A DNA stretch of 63,474 nt, filler included, from Chiloscyllium plagiosum (lineage: Eukaryota): the NCBI RefSeq assembly GCF_004010195.1. It is 4 parts of one record of this genome, joined end to end, with 100 filler letters (N's around TTAATTAATTAA, not from the genome) between each part and the next. Parts side by side here need not be neighbours in the genome. Positions count along the whole stretch, not along the records: positions 45,690 to 60,618 come from NC_057717.1; positions 60,719 to 63,474 come from NC_057717.1; 2 more parts are not named here. One strand, 5' to 3'. Positions 50,319 to 63,474 of the stretch are shown in pieces (the first letter of the stretch is position 1; each line of letters begins with the position of its first letter). The notes under the pieces are model-generated. The model saw only the letters and a list, made by a program, of their open reading frames with translations. It did no database searches and was not told where the DNA came from. The position numbers and the translations under genes are program-made.

Positions 50319-50699
50319 GTTAGAGGATTAGTAAATCGGCAGAGATAAACTCACCAGGAACACTATCAATAGCGGGGATAGGATAGTAACCTGCCTGAAT
50401 AATCATCAGTACACAGAAACAATCGAGATGTTTTTACCACACTGAAGTCTCCTTCCCCACAACAACTTCCAATATAAAAACTGTCTCCGGGCACAACTGA
50501 CCTGAACATACACAAGAAATATGGATTTCGCTGGATTTTACTGTCATACCTCTTATCAGTTAAGTATCGTTTACACGATTTAATTCAATAATATGTTTGT
50601 AAAGGTGCAAACATCTTATTGCACAGTTTGTATGCCTTTTCCTTTTTCGATTTGTTGCAGACTTTGCCCAAAAGTGAATGTTCTGTTTACTGAACAGCG

Positions 50700-50935
50700 T
50701 TGGGCAACTGTCGGTGTGGCATTTGCACATTCTCCTCGTGTCTGCGTGGGTTTCCTCCGGGTGCTGCAGTTTCCTTCCACAGTCCAAAGATTAGGTGAAT
50801 TGGCCATGCTAAATTGCCCATAGTGTCAGGGGTGAATATAGGGTAGGGCAATGGGTCTGGGTGGCTTACTCTTCGGAGGGTCAGTGTGGATTTGTGGGAC
50901 CAAAGCGCCTGTTTCCATACTGTAGGGAATCTTAA
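50700..50935 (+). mobile_element. HE1-type V-SINE, 5'-truncated
   Basis: tttgcacattctcctcgtgtctgcgtgggtttcctccgggtgct..cctgtttccatactgtaggga. Confidence 0.9.
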
Positions 50936-51196
50936 AAAAATGACCTGTTGATTGGGATTCAAGGGTCAGACACAGTATGTATTTTTCATGGGCGGAGAAA
51001 CAGAAAGGAATAGAAAACAGTGACTGTGGAGACTGATGAGGAGTAAAGTGATATACCTCCAGTTCCAATGTCTTCTTGACAGACAAAATAAAATAAAATG
51101 CAGAGAAAGAAACGGAATATATTCGGAAGAAGGAATGGCAAGTGACAATGTAAATAAAACAGGATAATTTGAAATGGGATGGCCGAAAAATGATTG

Positions 51197-51197
<1 letters not shown>

Positions 51198-51260
<63 letters not shown>

Positions 51261-51291
51261 CTGTGTTTGTGTGTGTGTGTGTGTGGGTGTC

Positions 51292-51322
<31 letters not shown>

Positions 51323-51335
51323 CTGTATGTGTGTG
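51198..51335. repeat. (TG)n microsatellite
   Basis: Direct reading. Smaller (CT)n at about 51838-51875 and (TG)n at 61873-61918. Confidence 0.97.
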
Positions 51336-51999
51336 CAGATAAATAAGAATGTTCATATGTGTGCACGATATTCAGAACGAACAAGAGAGACATAGTTAAC
51401 AAAAATGATGCATGCGATGTACAAAATTTATAAAACATTAATATGTTATTTAATCTTCAGCTGAGATGTTATGTTCCCCTTCTCTCAACGTCCCCACTGC
51501 CTCCTGCCCCTTCCTTCTATTCCCAGATTTAATCTCTAATTCTTATCAGGATATATGTTATACATTCCTGCTTCTGGTGTTCCAATTTATTTCAGTTAAT
51601 CAATTTTCAAACGGGAAACATATACATTGGTCTACTGGGTTCTGTAAACAGCTGTTGCCTGTCATATTGATAGAGATAAAAGTTCTGGGATCAGACCAAA
51701 CATTTCAACATATTAATCTGTTGCACATACACTGTACAAAAGAGCACAGCACACAGGAATTGTCAAACTAAATACAGAAGTGCATCTACTTCTATCAATC
51801 ATGTAACTTTCTCTATTTTTACATCTCCGCGTCTATATTCTCTCTCTCTCTCTCTCTGTCTATCTTGCTCTCTCTTTTGATCTAGTTAATAAATCCTCCA
51901 ATCGTTCTTCATGTCCCATGTCTCAAACATCCCTCCTTCAGTTTACATCTATTGCTCACTTTTGGATGAGATGTCTTATAATTGAGTAATGCAACTAAA

Positions 52000-52800
52000 A
52001 GATATGAGGGAGGGGTTAGCCAGAGTTAGTTGTAAGGGGAGCTGAACACGGGAAGATTGTGAAGCAGCAAGACATGGGTTTCTGGAGGTACTTCAGCAGC
52101 ACATCGGAAATTCATCCCAAGTAAGAAGAACGATATTGAGTGGAAGACGAACTCAGGGACAGCATAAATACAGAAGAAAATGCACACTACAAATTCCTAC
52201 AAATTCCAGCACGCTTAGCTAATAACAGCAAATGGGAGGAGCGGGTGATATATAATATTCCGATTGTTAATCATGTAAAAGAATATTGCAAGAGATTTTT
52301 AGTTATATAACAAGGGGAAGACAGAGTAACGAACAAATAAAGGACTGTTGGAAAATGAGGTTTGAATAGTTATGGAAAGCAAAGTGGAATTGAATAGGTA
52401 CTTTGCATCAGTCTTCACGGTGGAAGACACCAGCAAAATGCCAGAACTTCAAGAGAGTCAAGGGATAGAGGTGAGTATAGAGACCACCAGTAAGGAGAAG
52501 GTGCTGGGGAAGGTGAAGTTGGATTAATCACCGAGACTACTTGGACTACACCTCATAGTTCTAAAGAGATATCGAAGGTGATTGTGGAGGCATTGCTGGT
52601 GAACTTTCAAGAAACTTTGGAATGAGGGAGGACTGGTAACTGTAATCACACCATTTAAGGAGAGAGACACACAGAAGACAGGAAGTTATAAATGGTCAGG
52701 CAAGTTGAAACTGTTGTGTAGAAGGACTTAATAGATCTTTGAGTTTATGAATAGACGTGTGGAGTATAAGAACAAGGAAGTTGTGATGTATATTGTTCAT
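52000..52800 (+). mobile_element. Old CR1 ORF2 fragment
   Basis: ttgaataggtactttgcatcagtcttcacggtggaagacac..aaggtgctgggga. Confidence 0.75.
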
Positions 52801-53059
52801 GGTGCGATTAAGCTACAACATAACAAGAGTTAAATTTTCAATGCCATTACGAACAGCAGACTTGAAAGTACGGTTGAAACAAAGGAAATCAGTTCGAAGC
52901 AGACAGGAGCATGAGTGACAAAGATACTGTTTCCTTGACCCTGTAATGAGAATGTTGATATCACCTTGTCAACAAACAGACTAAAAAAAAGTATAAAGAG
53001 CACAATAAAATCTGTTGCTGCTGAGCTCTCAACGTGCAACGATGTAGCCAATGCATATG

Positions 53060-54960
53060 AAGCTGAAAACGCACAGCAGGTCAGACAGCATCCTAGGAAC
53101 CTGAAAGTCTACGTTTCAGGCTGAAATACTTCATCAGGATTGGGCGGGGGAGGGGAGCCGGGAAGTAAATAGAGAGAGGGGCGTGGGGCTAGGAGAAGGG
53201 NNNNNNNNNNNNNNNNNNNNNNNNNNNNNNNNNNNNNNNNNNNNTGGCCTCACTCTGACAGTGGAGGAGGCCAAGAATTGACCTGTCGCGGGATGAGCTG
53301 AAGGGATGTGGGTATGTGGGAGTAATTGAAATGGATGGCAACTGGAATGTTGGGTTGGTTAAAGTGTGCAGACAGCAGATGCTCCATGAATATTTCCCTG
53401 AGTCTCCCTTTTCCTCTACCTGCTACAGAGCAGACCACATCGGGTGTTGGAGACGAGCTTGGGGGGAATGGGGGGCAGGATCAGGCACTGCTGAAACAGC
53501 ATCAGTGCTGTGCACGCAAGAACTAATCCGAATTTCCATTTACCATCCATTTTAATTCTCCCTCCAACTCGTCCGGCGACATGCCCGTTCTTAGCCTGTC
53601 CACTGTCTGTGGAACACCACTTGAGAGTTTACCTTTGGAGCTGATAGCCCAATGGCCTCAATATTGACTGCAGCAGCTAAAAGTCCTTCCATCTGCAGCC
53701 TTATCCCATGTCCCTTCTCCCTGACCAGATCCACCTGTCCATCTTCTCACTCACCTATCCGCTCCAGCCTTCCCACTGACCAATCACAGTAACCTCATAC
53801 CTGCATGTATCTACCACAATCATACCTACCCTTCGCCCTTCCATATCCTATCACTCCATTTCTGGGCTCCCATCCCTCTCGTCATTCCTGATGAAAGGTC
53901 CAAGATCTAAATATTGCCTTTGCTGCTCATCTGATTCTGTCTGGTCTGCTGTGTTTATCCAGCTCCAAGTTTATTCACTCTGGCCTCCCACACCAGTAGT
54001 ACTTACTCTCTCCAAGTTGTCGAACTATGCAGTCTACATGTAAGAAGAAATAAATTTGGACATTTGAAAAGAATCCTTCCTCATTTCTTAACAACCCAAC
54101 ACACATATTCCAGATGAAGCAGCATTTCACTTGTACTCTTTCAATCCAATCTCTTTTCATTGCTGCTCACAATGCAATCTCCTTTACATTGGGGAGACCA
54201 AACAGAGACTGCATTGTGGAACACTCCCATTCTGTCTGTAGGAAGAGCCCTGACCATCTCATTGTTTCCCATTTCAGTAACCTACATTGGTCCCATGCTA
54301 ATATTTTGTTCCTGGGCTGCTGCAAAATTCCAATGAAGTACAACCCAAGCTCGAGTAACACCTCACTTTGCATTTTAGTACGTTACAGCCTGAAGGCGTT
54401 AATATACAATTCCATACTTCAACAGCTTGATCCCATTATGGATGTTCTCCAATCTTCATGCATTTCTGCTCTCCCAATGGACTTGCCCTGCTTGTGAATC
54501 GTTTATCTTGAACTCAATTCAGGAACCCATTTCCTCCCTTCACAATCTAATTTTTATTCATTTTACATTTGATTCTCTTTTACCAAAAGTCCATTTGTCA
54601 GTGGCATTGCGCCTCCACACTGTCTGTTTCCTGTCACCCCACCTCTACCTCTGTCAAGGTATTGAAAGCTCATTTTCCAATTCTTTTGTGTTCTGAAGAA
54701 ATGTCACAATGGACTTGAAACGGGAACTCTGTTTTTCTGTCTCGGCAGATGTTGCCAAATCTGCCATGTTTCTCCAGAAATGAACAAAACACATTTTCAA
54801 TTAAACAAATAACCGAGAATACTGGAAATGTGAAATCGGAATAAAAAAAGAAACTGAGCCTTGAAGAATGATGACTGGACCCAAATAATTAACTCTACTT
54901 TCACTCCACTGATACTGTCAGACGTGCTTAACTTCTCCAGCAATTTCTGTTTTTCAACAC
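53060..54960. mobile_element. Cluster of Penelope fragments in both orientations
   Basis: Minus piece 53060-53470; plus pieces 53540-53975 and 54070-54960 (tgctgctcacaatgc..tacattggggagaccaa; pLTR ends). Confidence 0.8.
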
Positions 54961-55098
54961 GTTTCAAAGACATATGTCAACATTGCTAAAACCTCCTGTC
55001 CAACCTGGAGCGCTATATACAGGGAAGTGAAAGATAACACAAGATGCACAAATTCTTTGGTTCTGAATTGATGTAAAGCTGGCATCACTGACACTGAT

Positions 55099-55529
55099 AC
55101 CAGGATGTTGCCTGATATGGTAGGAAGATCGTATGAGGAAAGGCTGAGGCACTTGGGGTTGTTTTCATTGGAGAAAAAAAGGTTTAGTGGTGACTTGATA
55201 GAGTTGTACAAGATGATTCGGGGTTTAGATCGGGTTGACCGTGAGAACCTTTTTCCACGTATGGAGTCAGCTATTACGAAGGGGCATAGCTTTAAATTAT
55301 GGGGTGGTAGGAATAGGACAGATGTTAGGGGCAGGTTCTTTACTCAGCGAGTCGTGGGTTCATGGAATGCCCTGCCAGTAGCAGTGGTGGACTCTCCCTC
55401 TTTATGAGCATGGGATAGGCGTATGGAGGATAGTGAGCTAGTGTAGGTTAGGTGGGCTTGGATCGGCGCAACATCGAGGGCCAAAGGGCCTAGACTGCGC
55501 TGGATTCTTCTATGTTCTATGTTCTATGT
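55099..55529 (+). mobile_element. Relatively young 5'-truncated CR1 with (TTCTATG)n tail
   Basis: Open ORF2 C-terminus 55105-55407 (SYEERLRHLGLFSLEK..FFTQRVVGSWNALP); absent from the paralog at about 22930. Confidence 0.92.
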
Positions 55530-55789
55530 ACTACAGAGCTCTTACTCTGATTCAGGGAGAGAAACAGAGGGTGGGATGCATTCATATTAAACTCAGAATG
55601 TAGCACATACTGGAAGGGAAAGGATTCAGATGAATATGTTAAAGGGTGTTGGGGAAAGAGACAAATCGGAAGTGTGACACCATGGAGAGACCCTCAGCCG
55701 AATGAGAATATAAAAATGGAAGTAATTCCACATCAGAAACCAGAGTAGGTCACTGGGTAGAGGGCTGATGTGTGAATGGGTCTCGGTGT

Positions 55790-57090
55790 GAACTGGGGGA
55801 CAGGCAGCTGAACTGCATTGGAGATATTGCAGCTCCAACCATGTATTCCATGTGGTGCTATAAACCACAGCAGCAACAGAAGCAGAATTATATTTAACTA
55901 TAATCTGTAACTTCTTGCACGAGATAATCCCTCAGTCTACCATTATCTGTAAGCTGATCTATGTTTCAGTGATCGAGTGTGGGTAAACATGCCAGGGTCA
56001 GAACCATGTGCACCCCTAAAACTGATGGCAAACCATAAAACTACCGCACTTGACTGGTTACATTACAAACTGCAGAACTAACATCTGATAGAGAGGGCGC
56101 AATTATCCCAAAACTAACAGATCAGACCGAAGCTATGCAGTCCTGCCACACCAGGTCATAAATGGATAAAACAACTCACTGCAGGAGAGTGTCATACACA
56201 TGTCCCCATCCTAAATAATGGAACAGCCCTACACATCAGTGGAAAAGACAATGGTGTGGTATTAACACCATACTCAGCAAGAAGTGTTGAGTCGATAATC
56301 AATTTCACCTCATCAGGATGCTCACAGAATCACAGATGACAGTTTTAAACAATCTGATTCTCTCTCCGTGACATGAAGTAACATCTGAACACAGTAGATT
56401 CGACAAAGCAATGTACAACAAACCATGTCCCTCGAGAAGCTGTTTCATTCCAGTTCCAACTCTGATATCTATTTGCAATGTGGAAAATTACTATGACAAG
56501 GCCATGAAAAGGAGAATAATTACAATATGACCAATATCACCCCCTCAGTTCCATCACGACAGTCAAATTGGTAGGAGTGCTTTTTGACTGAGCTGTCAAT
56601 CAGCACACAGAAATAACCAGCTCAGTGTGGTTTCTGTTAGGTCCCCATGTGGAGATGGTGCTGTTGTGGAAATGTCACTGTATTACTAATCCAGACCATT
56701 CTCATCCTCTGACAGCTGGTGGAAGTTAAAAGCAATTAATAAAATGTCGGAAGCGGTGTCAGTAATACTGACCTGAAACCAATGTCGATTGTAAACACCA
56801 ATTTGCTTTCCCAATGTAATTTCAGGAAGTGAATCTCCCGTGTTTTCTGGTCTGGTCAAAAAGTGGATCCAGACACACAGACATGTGATCAACTCTCCAA
56901 TGGTCTCTTAAACAGCCAAGCCAGGCACTCAATTGTATCAAAGTGCTCCGAGGTCTTAAAGGATAAACCCAGACAGAACACCCGGCACCAATCTCAGTAT
57001 TGGAAAAGGGAACGGGAAACACAGTCCTGTCGACCTTGCAGAGACCTCCTTCCTAACATCTGAGAGTTTATGACAACATTTATAGAGAAG
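55790..57090 (+). mobile_element. LINE ORF2 fragment + tRNA-like head/LINE 5' (paralog of 23480-25855)
   Basis: Collinear similarity with scaffold 2, including the shared junction ctcagtgtggtttctg..ccatgtggagatg. Confidence 0.8.
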
Positions 57091-57399
57091 GACGACGATT
57101 TTTCAACAATACTATGCATTCCCCCAGACAGCTGAGACTGCTCTAACCTGGATGGAAACTTTGCATCAGGCTGGTAAAGTGTTGCTGATGCTGAACAAGG
57201 TTTTAATCATATCACACCTGGAGTAGTGTGTACAGATTTAGTCTCCTCACTGAAGAAAGCATATTGGAAGCAACTCAGAAATTGTACGTTCAACTAATTC
57301 CTGCAATGAAGGGGTTAACTTATAAAGAAAGGATGATCAGGTTGATCTAATATGCATTCGAGTTTACAAGAATAAAAGATGATCTTATTTTTACATAGA

Positions 57400-58170
57400 G
57401 CACCGGAAAGATTCAGCAACAGAAGCCAATTACACAGCTAATTCCACTTCTCCAGCTTGTTACACAGTAACAGCAGAAGGATATTCAGGCCATTGACCTG
57501 GTTACAATAGAACAGGACGAGGTTATTCAGCCCCTGGTGCCTGATATACAGTTACAGGAGGAGGTCACTCAGCCCTCAAGTCTATAACACTGCACACACA
57601 GTAGGCCATGAGGCACCAGTATCCTGTTAAACAGCAACAGGATCAGTCCAGTCAGCCTCCTCAAGTCTCTAACACAGGAACTGGAAGAGATTGTTACACT
57701 AGGATAACAGGAGGCCATTCAGCGTGAGATATAAACAAGGAGATAAAATTATTTGAGACTTGTTATGGAAAGGTGGAGGTAATTCACCCAGGTGTCTGTT
57801 GTATGGGAACAGGAGGAGACAAATCACTCCATCGATCCTATTTCAGGGATGCAGGAGGTGATTGTTCAGTATCTCGAGCCTGTTGTGAAGGAATATGAAA
57901 AGACCGTTCAGCCCCACAAAATGTTGTACAGTAACAGGAAGATTCCACAATCCGTGAGGCTTCTGACATATTATCAGGAGGAAGAGAAGCAGATTTTGAA
58001 TCTGTAAATCAGGACATTCCGATCATCAAGACTATAACGTAGGAACATGAGGACATTCAGCCCATTGAGTGTGCAAACCAGGAACTATGTGAATCCATTC
58101 AGACACTCGTGCCTATTACACAGTTATTGGAGCAGATCTTTTAATTCTTTGTGCCTGTTACACAGGAACA
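57400..58170 (+). repeat. Degenerate ~38-bp minisatellite (caggaggccattcagcccctcgagcctgttacacaggaa-like)
   Basis: Recurring aggag../attcagcc../ctgttacac motifs; the unit resembles the antisense CR1 3' terminus. Confidence 0.7.
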
Positions 58171-58457
58171 CGGGAAAGGGAACGTAGAGGTTGCAAAAAG
58201 TTAGGAATTAGGATAATCATCTTCACTTGTCACTAAAAGTTTGTGAGCAAACTCTTGCGAATTAAGGGAAATTGTGAGAATCCGTTATTAATTAATTAAC
58301 AACAGGGGATTTGCAAAGTAAAATCTGAATACATCAGAATCAGCATGATTTGTAAAGAATTTGTTTGCTCAAATTTTTTAAAGATGTGACAAGGAACGTT
58401 GACAATAGGGATCCTGGAGAAGTAAAGTACCTAGACTTTGAAAAGGCATTGATTAAA

Positions 58458-60618
58458 CGCTGCATATAATATTAATCTGTATAATAAGAGGACATGGGTT
58501 TGGGAGGAGGTCATTCGCCAAGATAGAGGGTCGGTGAGCCAACAAAATACAGAGAGATGGAATAGTTGTTTCGATAATCGTTGGCAAATTTTGGGGTTCC
58601 ATAGAGTTCAGACCACATGACCCAACAATTTACCATCCATTGTATTACTTGGATGAAAGGCGAGAAAACAATACAGCCACATTTCCAGCTGACACTAAAA
58701 CAAGTGGAAAAGTAGGTTGATGTAATTAAGATGTAGAAAATTTACAAATGGACATAAACATTTTATATGAATATGCGAACATCTGGCCGCTAAAATTTAA
58801 CGTGGATAATGTGGGAATAACCATTTTGATCAGAGGAATCTAGCATGTTATGGAAATGGCGAGCAACTTCAGAGTGCTTAAGTGCAGAGGCATTTGGGTG
58901 TCCATGGGAATACCATGGAAAACTCACATGCAGCTACAGCAGGGATTGAGAAAGGCAAGTGCAATTTTATCATTTACTTGTAAAAGAACAGAACATTAAG
59001 GGAGGGAAGAATTACTGTAACTCTACAAGGTATTAGTGAGACGGTATCTGACGTACTGTGTTCAGGGTTTGTTGTCCTGACTGCAGGAGTGATATTGTTA
59101 CAACGAAGGCAGTTCAGAACAAGTTCATTAGATTGATTCCAGAGATGAATTTGTCTTTTGAAGCGAGTTTGAGTAGTTCAGGCCGATGCACCCCGGGTTT
59201 AGAAGAATGAGAGGAGACCTCATTGAGGTCTGGAGGACGGTAAAGGTGATTGACAATGTCCGTATGGAGTGGATATTTCCTCATGTGGGGCAAACTAGAA
59301 CAAGAGATTATAGTTTTAGGATTAGGCAGAGCAGGTTTAAAACAGGGGTGAAGAGAACTTACTTCTCTCAATGGGTTGTGAATCTGTGTAGTTCACTGCC
59401 GCAGTGTGCAGGGGACGCTGTGACATTGAGTAAATGAAGGGATATGGAGAGCAGGCAGGGAAATGAAACTGAGCCGGCGATGACATCAGCCATGATTGTA
59501 TACAATGGCGGAACAGGCTCGAGTGGCTGTATTGTTCCTCGTTTTATTCAGCCCTTCGACTGTGCTCCACAGAAATGGGGAGGACTGGTTATCAAACAGG
59601 AAGTAGGCACTCCGGATAAATCAATATTAATCAGTTTGACAGAACGTAACCAGTGGAGTCACATAGTGACCAGTGCTGGGTCCTCAACTATTTACAATCG
59701 ATATCAATGATCAGGACGATAGAATAGATGTACTGCTGCTACTTTTGATGATGACATTGAGGTAAGTAACACACTAAATTATCAAGAGAATGTGGAGAGT
59801 TTGCAAATTGATATGGACAGGTAAAGTCAATGAATAATACCTTGCCAAGTGGAATATAATGTAATGTATAACCTGCCAGCTTTTTCAGGAAGAATGGAAG
59901 GCAGTATGTTACTGAAATGGAGATGGATTATATGACATAGTGATACAGCGTGTTCTGAAGTGTTCACTCGAACCCATTCAGACATGGGAAGTGTTGTTCC
60001 ATCTCACTGATGGTCTGCTCCCTGGCATTCCCAATGGTCCTGTTGCTCTTAGTACACACGGGATATTTTGATGTGGTTGGTTGGCGGTGGGGAGTGGGGA
60101 GTCGGAGGTTTTTTGAGCCGTTTAACAAAGAGACAGCCTTTAAACGAAAGACTACCCTTTCTTTCCGAATGGAGACCGAAAGATGATGGGAATGGTTGAC
60201 TGCTTCTGAATGAAGAGGCTGTGGCAGCTGCCAGGACAGTGAGTATTCACCAACATGATGTCCTGTGCATGGGCACACTGTAACGTTAATGTAGTGAGAG
60301 CTGCTTCAGTTCCTCTAGCTCTCCTCATTGACATGGGGACGCCACACAGGCATGTACATCACTGGAAATCCTGCTATATTGAGAAAACACGGATACATCC
60401 ATCACCTCTCTGCTGAGAGAGAAAGCATTAATCTCATCCACAATATATATCCTCTGTCACCAAATGGTGACATTGATGTTGAGATATTGGGAGATGATCG
60501 ATATGTCAACCACTCCAGCATGGAAAGTTCCAGATCATAGAAGCTGAATGAAACTGTGACCCTAACAGCCACTGGCAGCCCCGCCCTCCCCCTGGTGTGA
60601 AGCTGCAGGTCGTGTTGA
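58458..60618. repeat. ~2.2-kb direct repeat of 45690-47940
   Basis: cgctgcatataattaatc...ggtcgtgttga in both; the ORF track shows near-identical translations (46452/59114, 47286/59964, 47650/60328). Confidence 0.97.
59964..60618 (-). mobile_element. Harbinger transposase relic, copy 2
   Basis: Duplicate of 47286-47940. Confidence 0.75.
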
Positions 60619-60718
60619 NNNNNNNNNNNNNNNNNNNNNNNNNNNNNNNNNNNNNNNNNNNNTTAATTAATTAANNNNNNNNNNNNNNNNNNNNNNNNNN
60701 NNNNNNNNNNNNNNNNNN
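60619..60718. other. Artificial scaffold-join linker
   Basis: 44 N + TTAATTAATTAA + 44 N. Confidence 0.95.
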
Positions 60719-63130
60719 ATTGGGGGAGCACTCTGAGACCAGGGCCCATGGTTGTATTGATTTTAAAATAGTTATGAAGAGGGACAAAACTGGTCCTCAG
60801 GTTCAAGTTCGAACTTCGGGCAAGGTGAATTTTAATGGAATTAGACAGGAGATTGCAGGGGTTGGTTGGAGTAGTTTGTAAGCTAAGGGACCCCTGACAG
60901 GTAGGAGCCCTTTAAAAGTGAGATGGCTAGAGTTTAAGGTCTATGCATTTCTGTGAGGGTAAAGGGCAAGTTCGCCAGGTAGAGGGAATCATGGATGACA
61001 AGAGATAATGAGGCTTTGACGATCAGCAGGGATGCATGGCTCAGGTCTAGGCAGCTGGGATGAAGGTAATCCCTGGAGGTATACAGCGAAATACGGGAGT
61101 TTACGGAAGAAGGAAATCTAGAGGGTGAAAAGGGGGCAAGAGATAGCCTTGGCTGAGAAGATTAGGGTCTATCCAAAAAGGTTCTTTATGTATATTAAAG
61201 AAAAAAGAAGAAAAACTACCGAGAGAATAGGACCTCTGAAAGACAAAAGTGGACACGTATGTGTTGAACAGCAAGACATGGGCAAGGTCTGAACAAACAT
61301 CTCTTCTCCGTGTTTAGCATGGAGAAAAACATGAAGTCTTGGTAACATGAGGAAGTTAGTGCCCATATCTTGGGGACAGTCTACATCACAGGATAGGTGT
61401 ATTGGATGTATTCGAATGTATGAAGGTGGATACATCTCCTCGTCCTGACCAGATATATATACAAGAACAATGAAAGAGGCCAAAGAAGAAATTAGGGGGA
61501 TCCTAACTGCTATTTTTGCATCACTGTTACCGACTGGTGAGGTCACAGAGGAGGGGAAGGGAGCGAATGTTGTGCAGGAAGGGGAGTAAAGAAAAGCCTC
61601 AATACTGTAGACCAGTCAGCCTAACATCTTTGGTAGGTGAGATACTTGAGAGTTACCTGACGGATAAGATGTTCATGCATGAGGACAGACAGTGTTTGAA
61701 TTGGAACAGTCTCCATGGCGAGTGGCACATAGGGCCTCACAACTTTGGTAGAGTTCTTTGATGCAGTTACCGGGAAGGTTGACGAGTGCGGGATGGTAGA
61801 TGTAACCTATATGGATTTCAGTAAGGTCCTTCATAAGGCTCCACATGGTAGGCTGCTCTGAAAAGTTAAATCGTGTGTGTGTGCGTGTGTGGGTGTTTGT
61901 GTGTGTGTGTGTGTGTGTTCTTCAGTACTTTTCAAAGGCAAATATCAATGTACATATTTGCAATATCCACTCGTCGTTCTTTTTACCAGCATAATTTGAG
62001 TAACGTTCTTTTAGTCATAAACGTATTCTTTCAGCAGACTAAATAAATTTGCCTGACTTGTTCCTAACACTGACCCTGAAACACTCTGAGAACTATCCTT
62101 GGCATATCGCCATTACCATATCTAACAGAGCTAGATTTACAACATTTTGTGACCAGTGAAGGAGTGGCACGAGAAAAGGGAACAGTGATCCAAAAACACA
62201 GGGAATGATTGACTCAGTAAGCCTAACGTCAGTGTAGGGTAGGTTGTTGGAGAGGATTCTGACCGAAATATTTACTTTTTGAAAGACTAGGACTAATTAG
62301 GTATAGTCAACATGGTTTTGTGCGATGAAAATCATGCATCATTAACGTGATTGAGTATTTTGAAGAGGTGACAAAGAAGCTTGACGAAGGCACTGTTTTA
62401 TACATTTCTTACACAGACTTGAGCAAGGCGTTAAATAAGGTTCCTCATCGTAGAGAGATTTTAATGTTTGGTAACATGGATTCCAGAGAAAGCTAACCAA
62501 TTGGATACAAAAGTGGCATCAAGGTAACGGATTGTTTTCCAGACTGGAGGCCTGAGGCCACTGAAAGAATCAATGCTGAGCTCACAGCTTTTCTTCATGG
62601 ATATAAACGATTTGCATGTGAATCCTGGAAGCATGGTTATTAAGTTCATAGATAGCATCAAAAAAGTGGTGCAGTGGGCAGCGAAGAAGATAATCTCAGA
62701 TTACAATGGCACACTTGACCAACAAAGGGACAAGAACTGCAAGATGGAGTTTAATTTAGATATTTGCCATATTTTGCATTTTGTTAAGTTAAAGCAGGGT
62801 AGTAGCCTGGGGAATGTTGCTGAACAAAGGGACCTATCGGTGCAGGTTCATAGTTCCTTGAAAGTGGAGTTGCAGGTAGACAGCGCGGTGATGAATATGT
62901 TTGGCACGCTTACCTTAATCGGTCAGTACATTGAGAAGAATAGTTGACGTGGCATGTTGCGCCTGATGAGATCACTTTAAGGATACTGCGCACAATTTAG
63001 TTGGCTCTGCTGATGGGAGGATGTTGAGGGAGCGCAGAAACGATTTACAAGCATTTTCCGGTACTGGAGGGTTTGAGCTTCAGGAAGCGGATGAACAGGC
63101 TCTTTCGCCTGGACTGTCGGAGGCTGAGGC
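60719..63130 (+). mobile_element. CR1 ORF2 fragments (60719-61870, 62180-63130)
   Basis: RPVSLTSLVGEILE, MDFSKV, INDLHVN..KFIDS, QRDLSVQVHSSLKV. Confidence 0.85.
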
Positions 63131-63474
63131 TGAAAGAGCCATGCAGGACACTCAATTGTATCAAACTGCTACGAGGTCTTAAAGGATAAAACCAGAGAGA
63201 ACACATGGCACAAGCCTCGGTATAGAAAAATGGAATGGGAGACACAATCATGTTGACATTGCATAGAGCTCCTTCCTAAAATCTGAGGACTTGTGACAAC
63301 AGTTACAGAGCTTTCCCATAGACTGCACAGAAACATCAGGAAAGGAGTGGGTCATTCAACACATTGAGCCTTCCCCACTGTAGTCTCTTCAATTGACTTT
63401 TCCCAAACACTGTATAATGTATATCCTTTGAAGTGATTAACTGTTGGAAAAAATATGAAGTAGGAACTTTAGTC

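Noticed and set aside
50826..51438. His/Thr- and Cys/Val-rich ORFs
   Set aside because: Translations of the (TG)n microsatellite.
52830..53051. Hydrophobic minus-strand ORF as a TM exon
   Set aside because: Hydrophobicity follows from the A-rich + strand; opposite orientation to the other relics and no splice support.
57400..58170. CRISPR-like repeat-spacer array
   Set aside because: Degenerate contiguous minisatellite with no unique spacers or cas genes, in a vertebrate context.

Overview
Vertebrate, almost certainly elasmobranch (shark) genomic DNA, judged from HE1/V-SINEs, shark-type CR1 LINEs and Penelope elements. The window is four scaffolds joined by an artificial 100-bp linker (44 N + TTAATTAATTAA + 44 N) at 21471, 45590 and 60619. 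Other N gaps lie at 3425-3509, 6227-6726, 18639-18702, 23930-24042, 47989-48488 and 53201-53244. Most of the sequence is decayed, nested retroelements: CR1 ORF1/ORF2, Penelope GIY-YIG elements, tRNA-derived SINEs and an RTE fragment, plus one CpG-rich LTR and two copies of a Harbinger transposase relic. I see no intact protein-coding gene. The non-TE islands repeatedly show + strand splice acceptors followed by frameshifted or stop-interrupted immunoglobulin-superfamily motifs. These include NKp30/NCR3-like and VJ-type V domains, C1-set domains, a clean signal-peptide exon, and duplicated terminal exons with AATAAA. They sit inside segmental and tandem duplications. My best reading is a duplicated, pseudogenised array of non-rearranging IgSF immune-receptor genes. 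The IgSF calls are by-eye motif matches and need HMM/tBLASTn confirmation. TE boundaries are approximate and identities are visual estimates.
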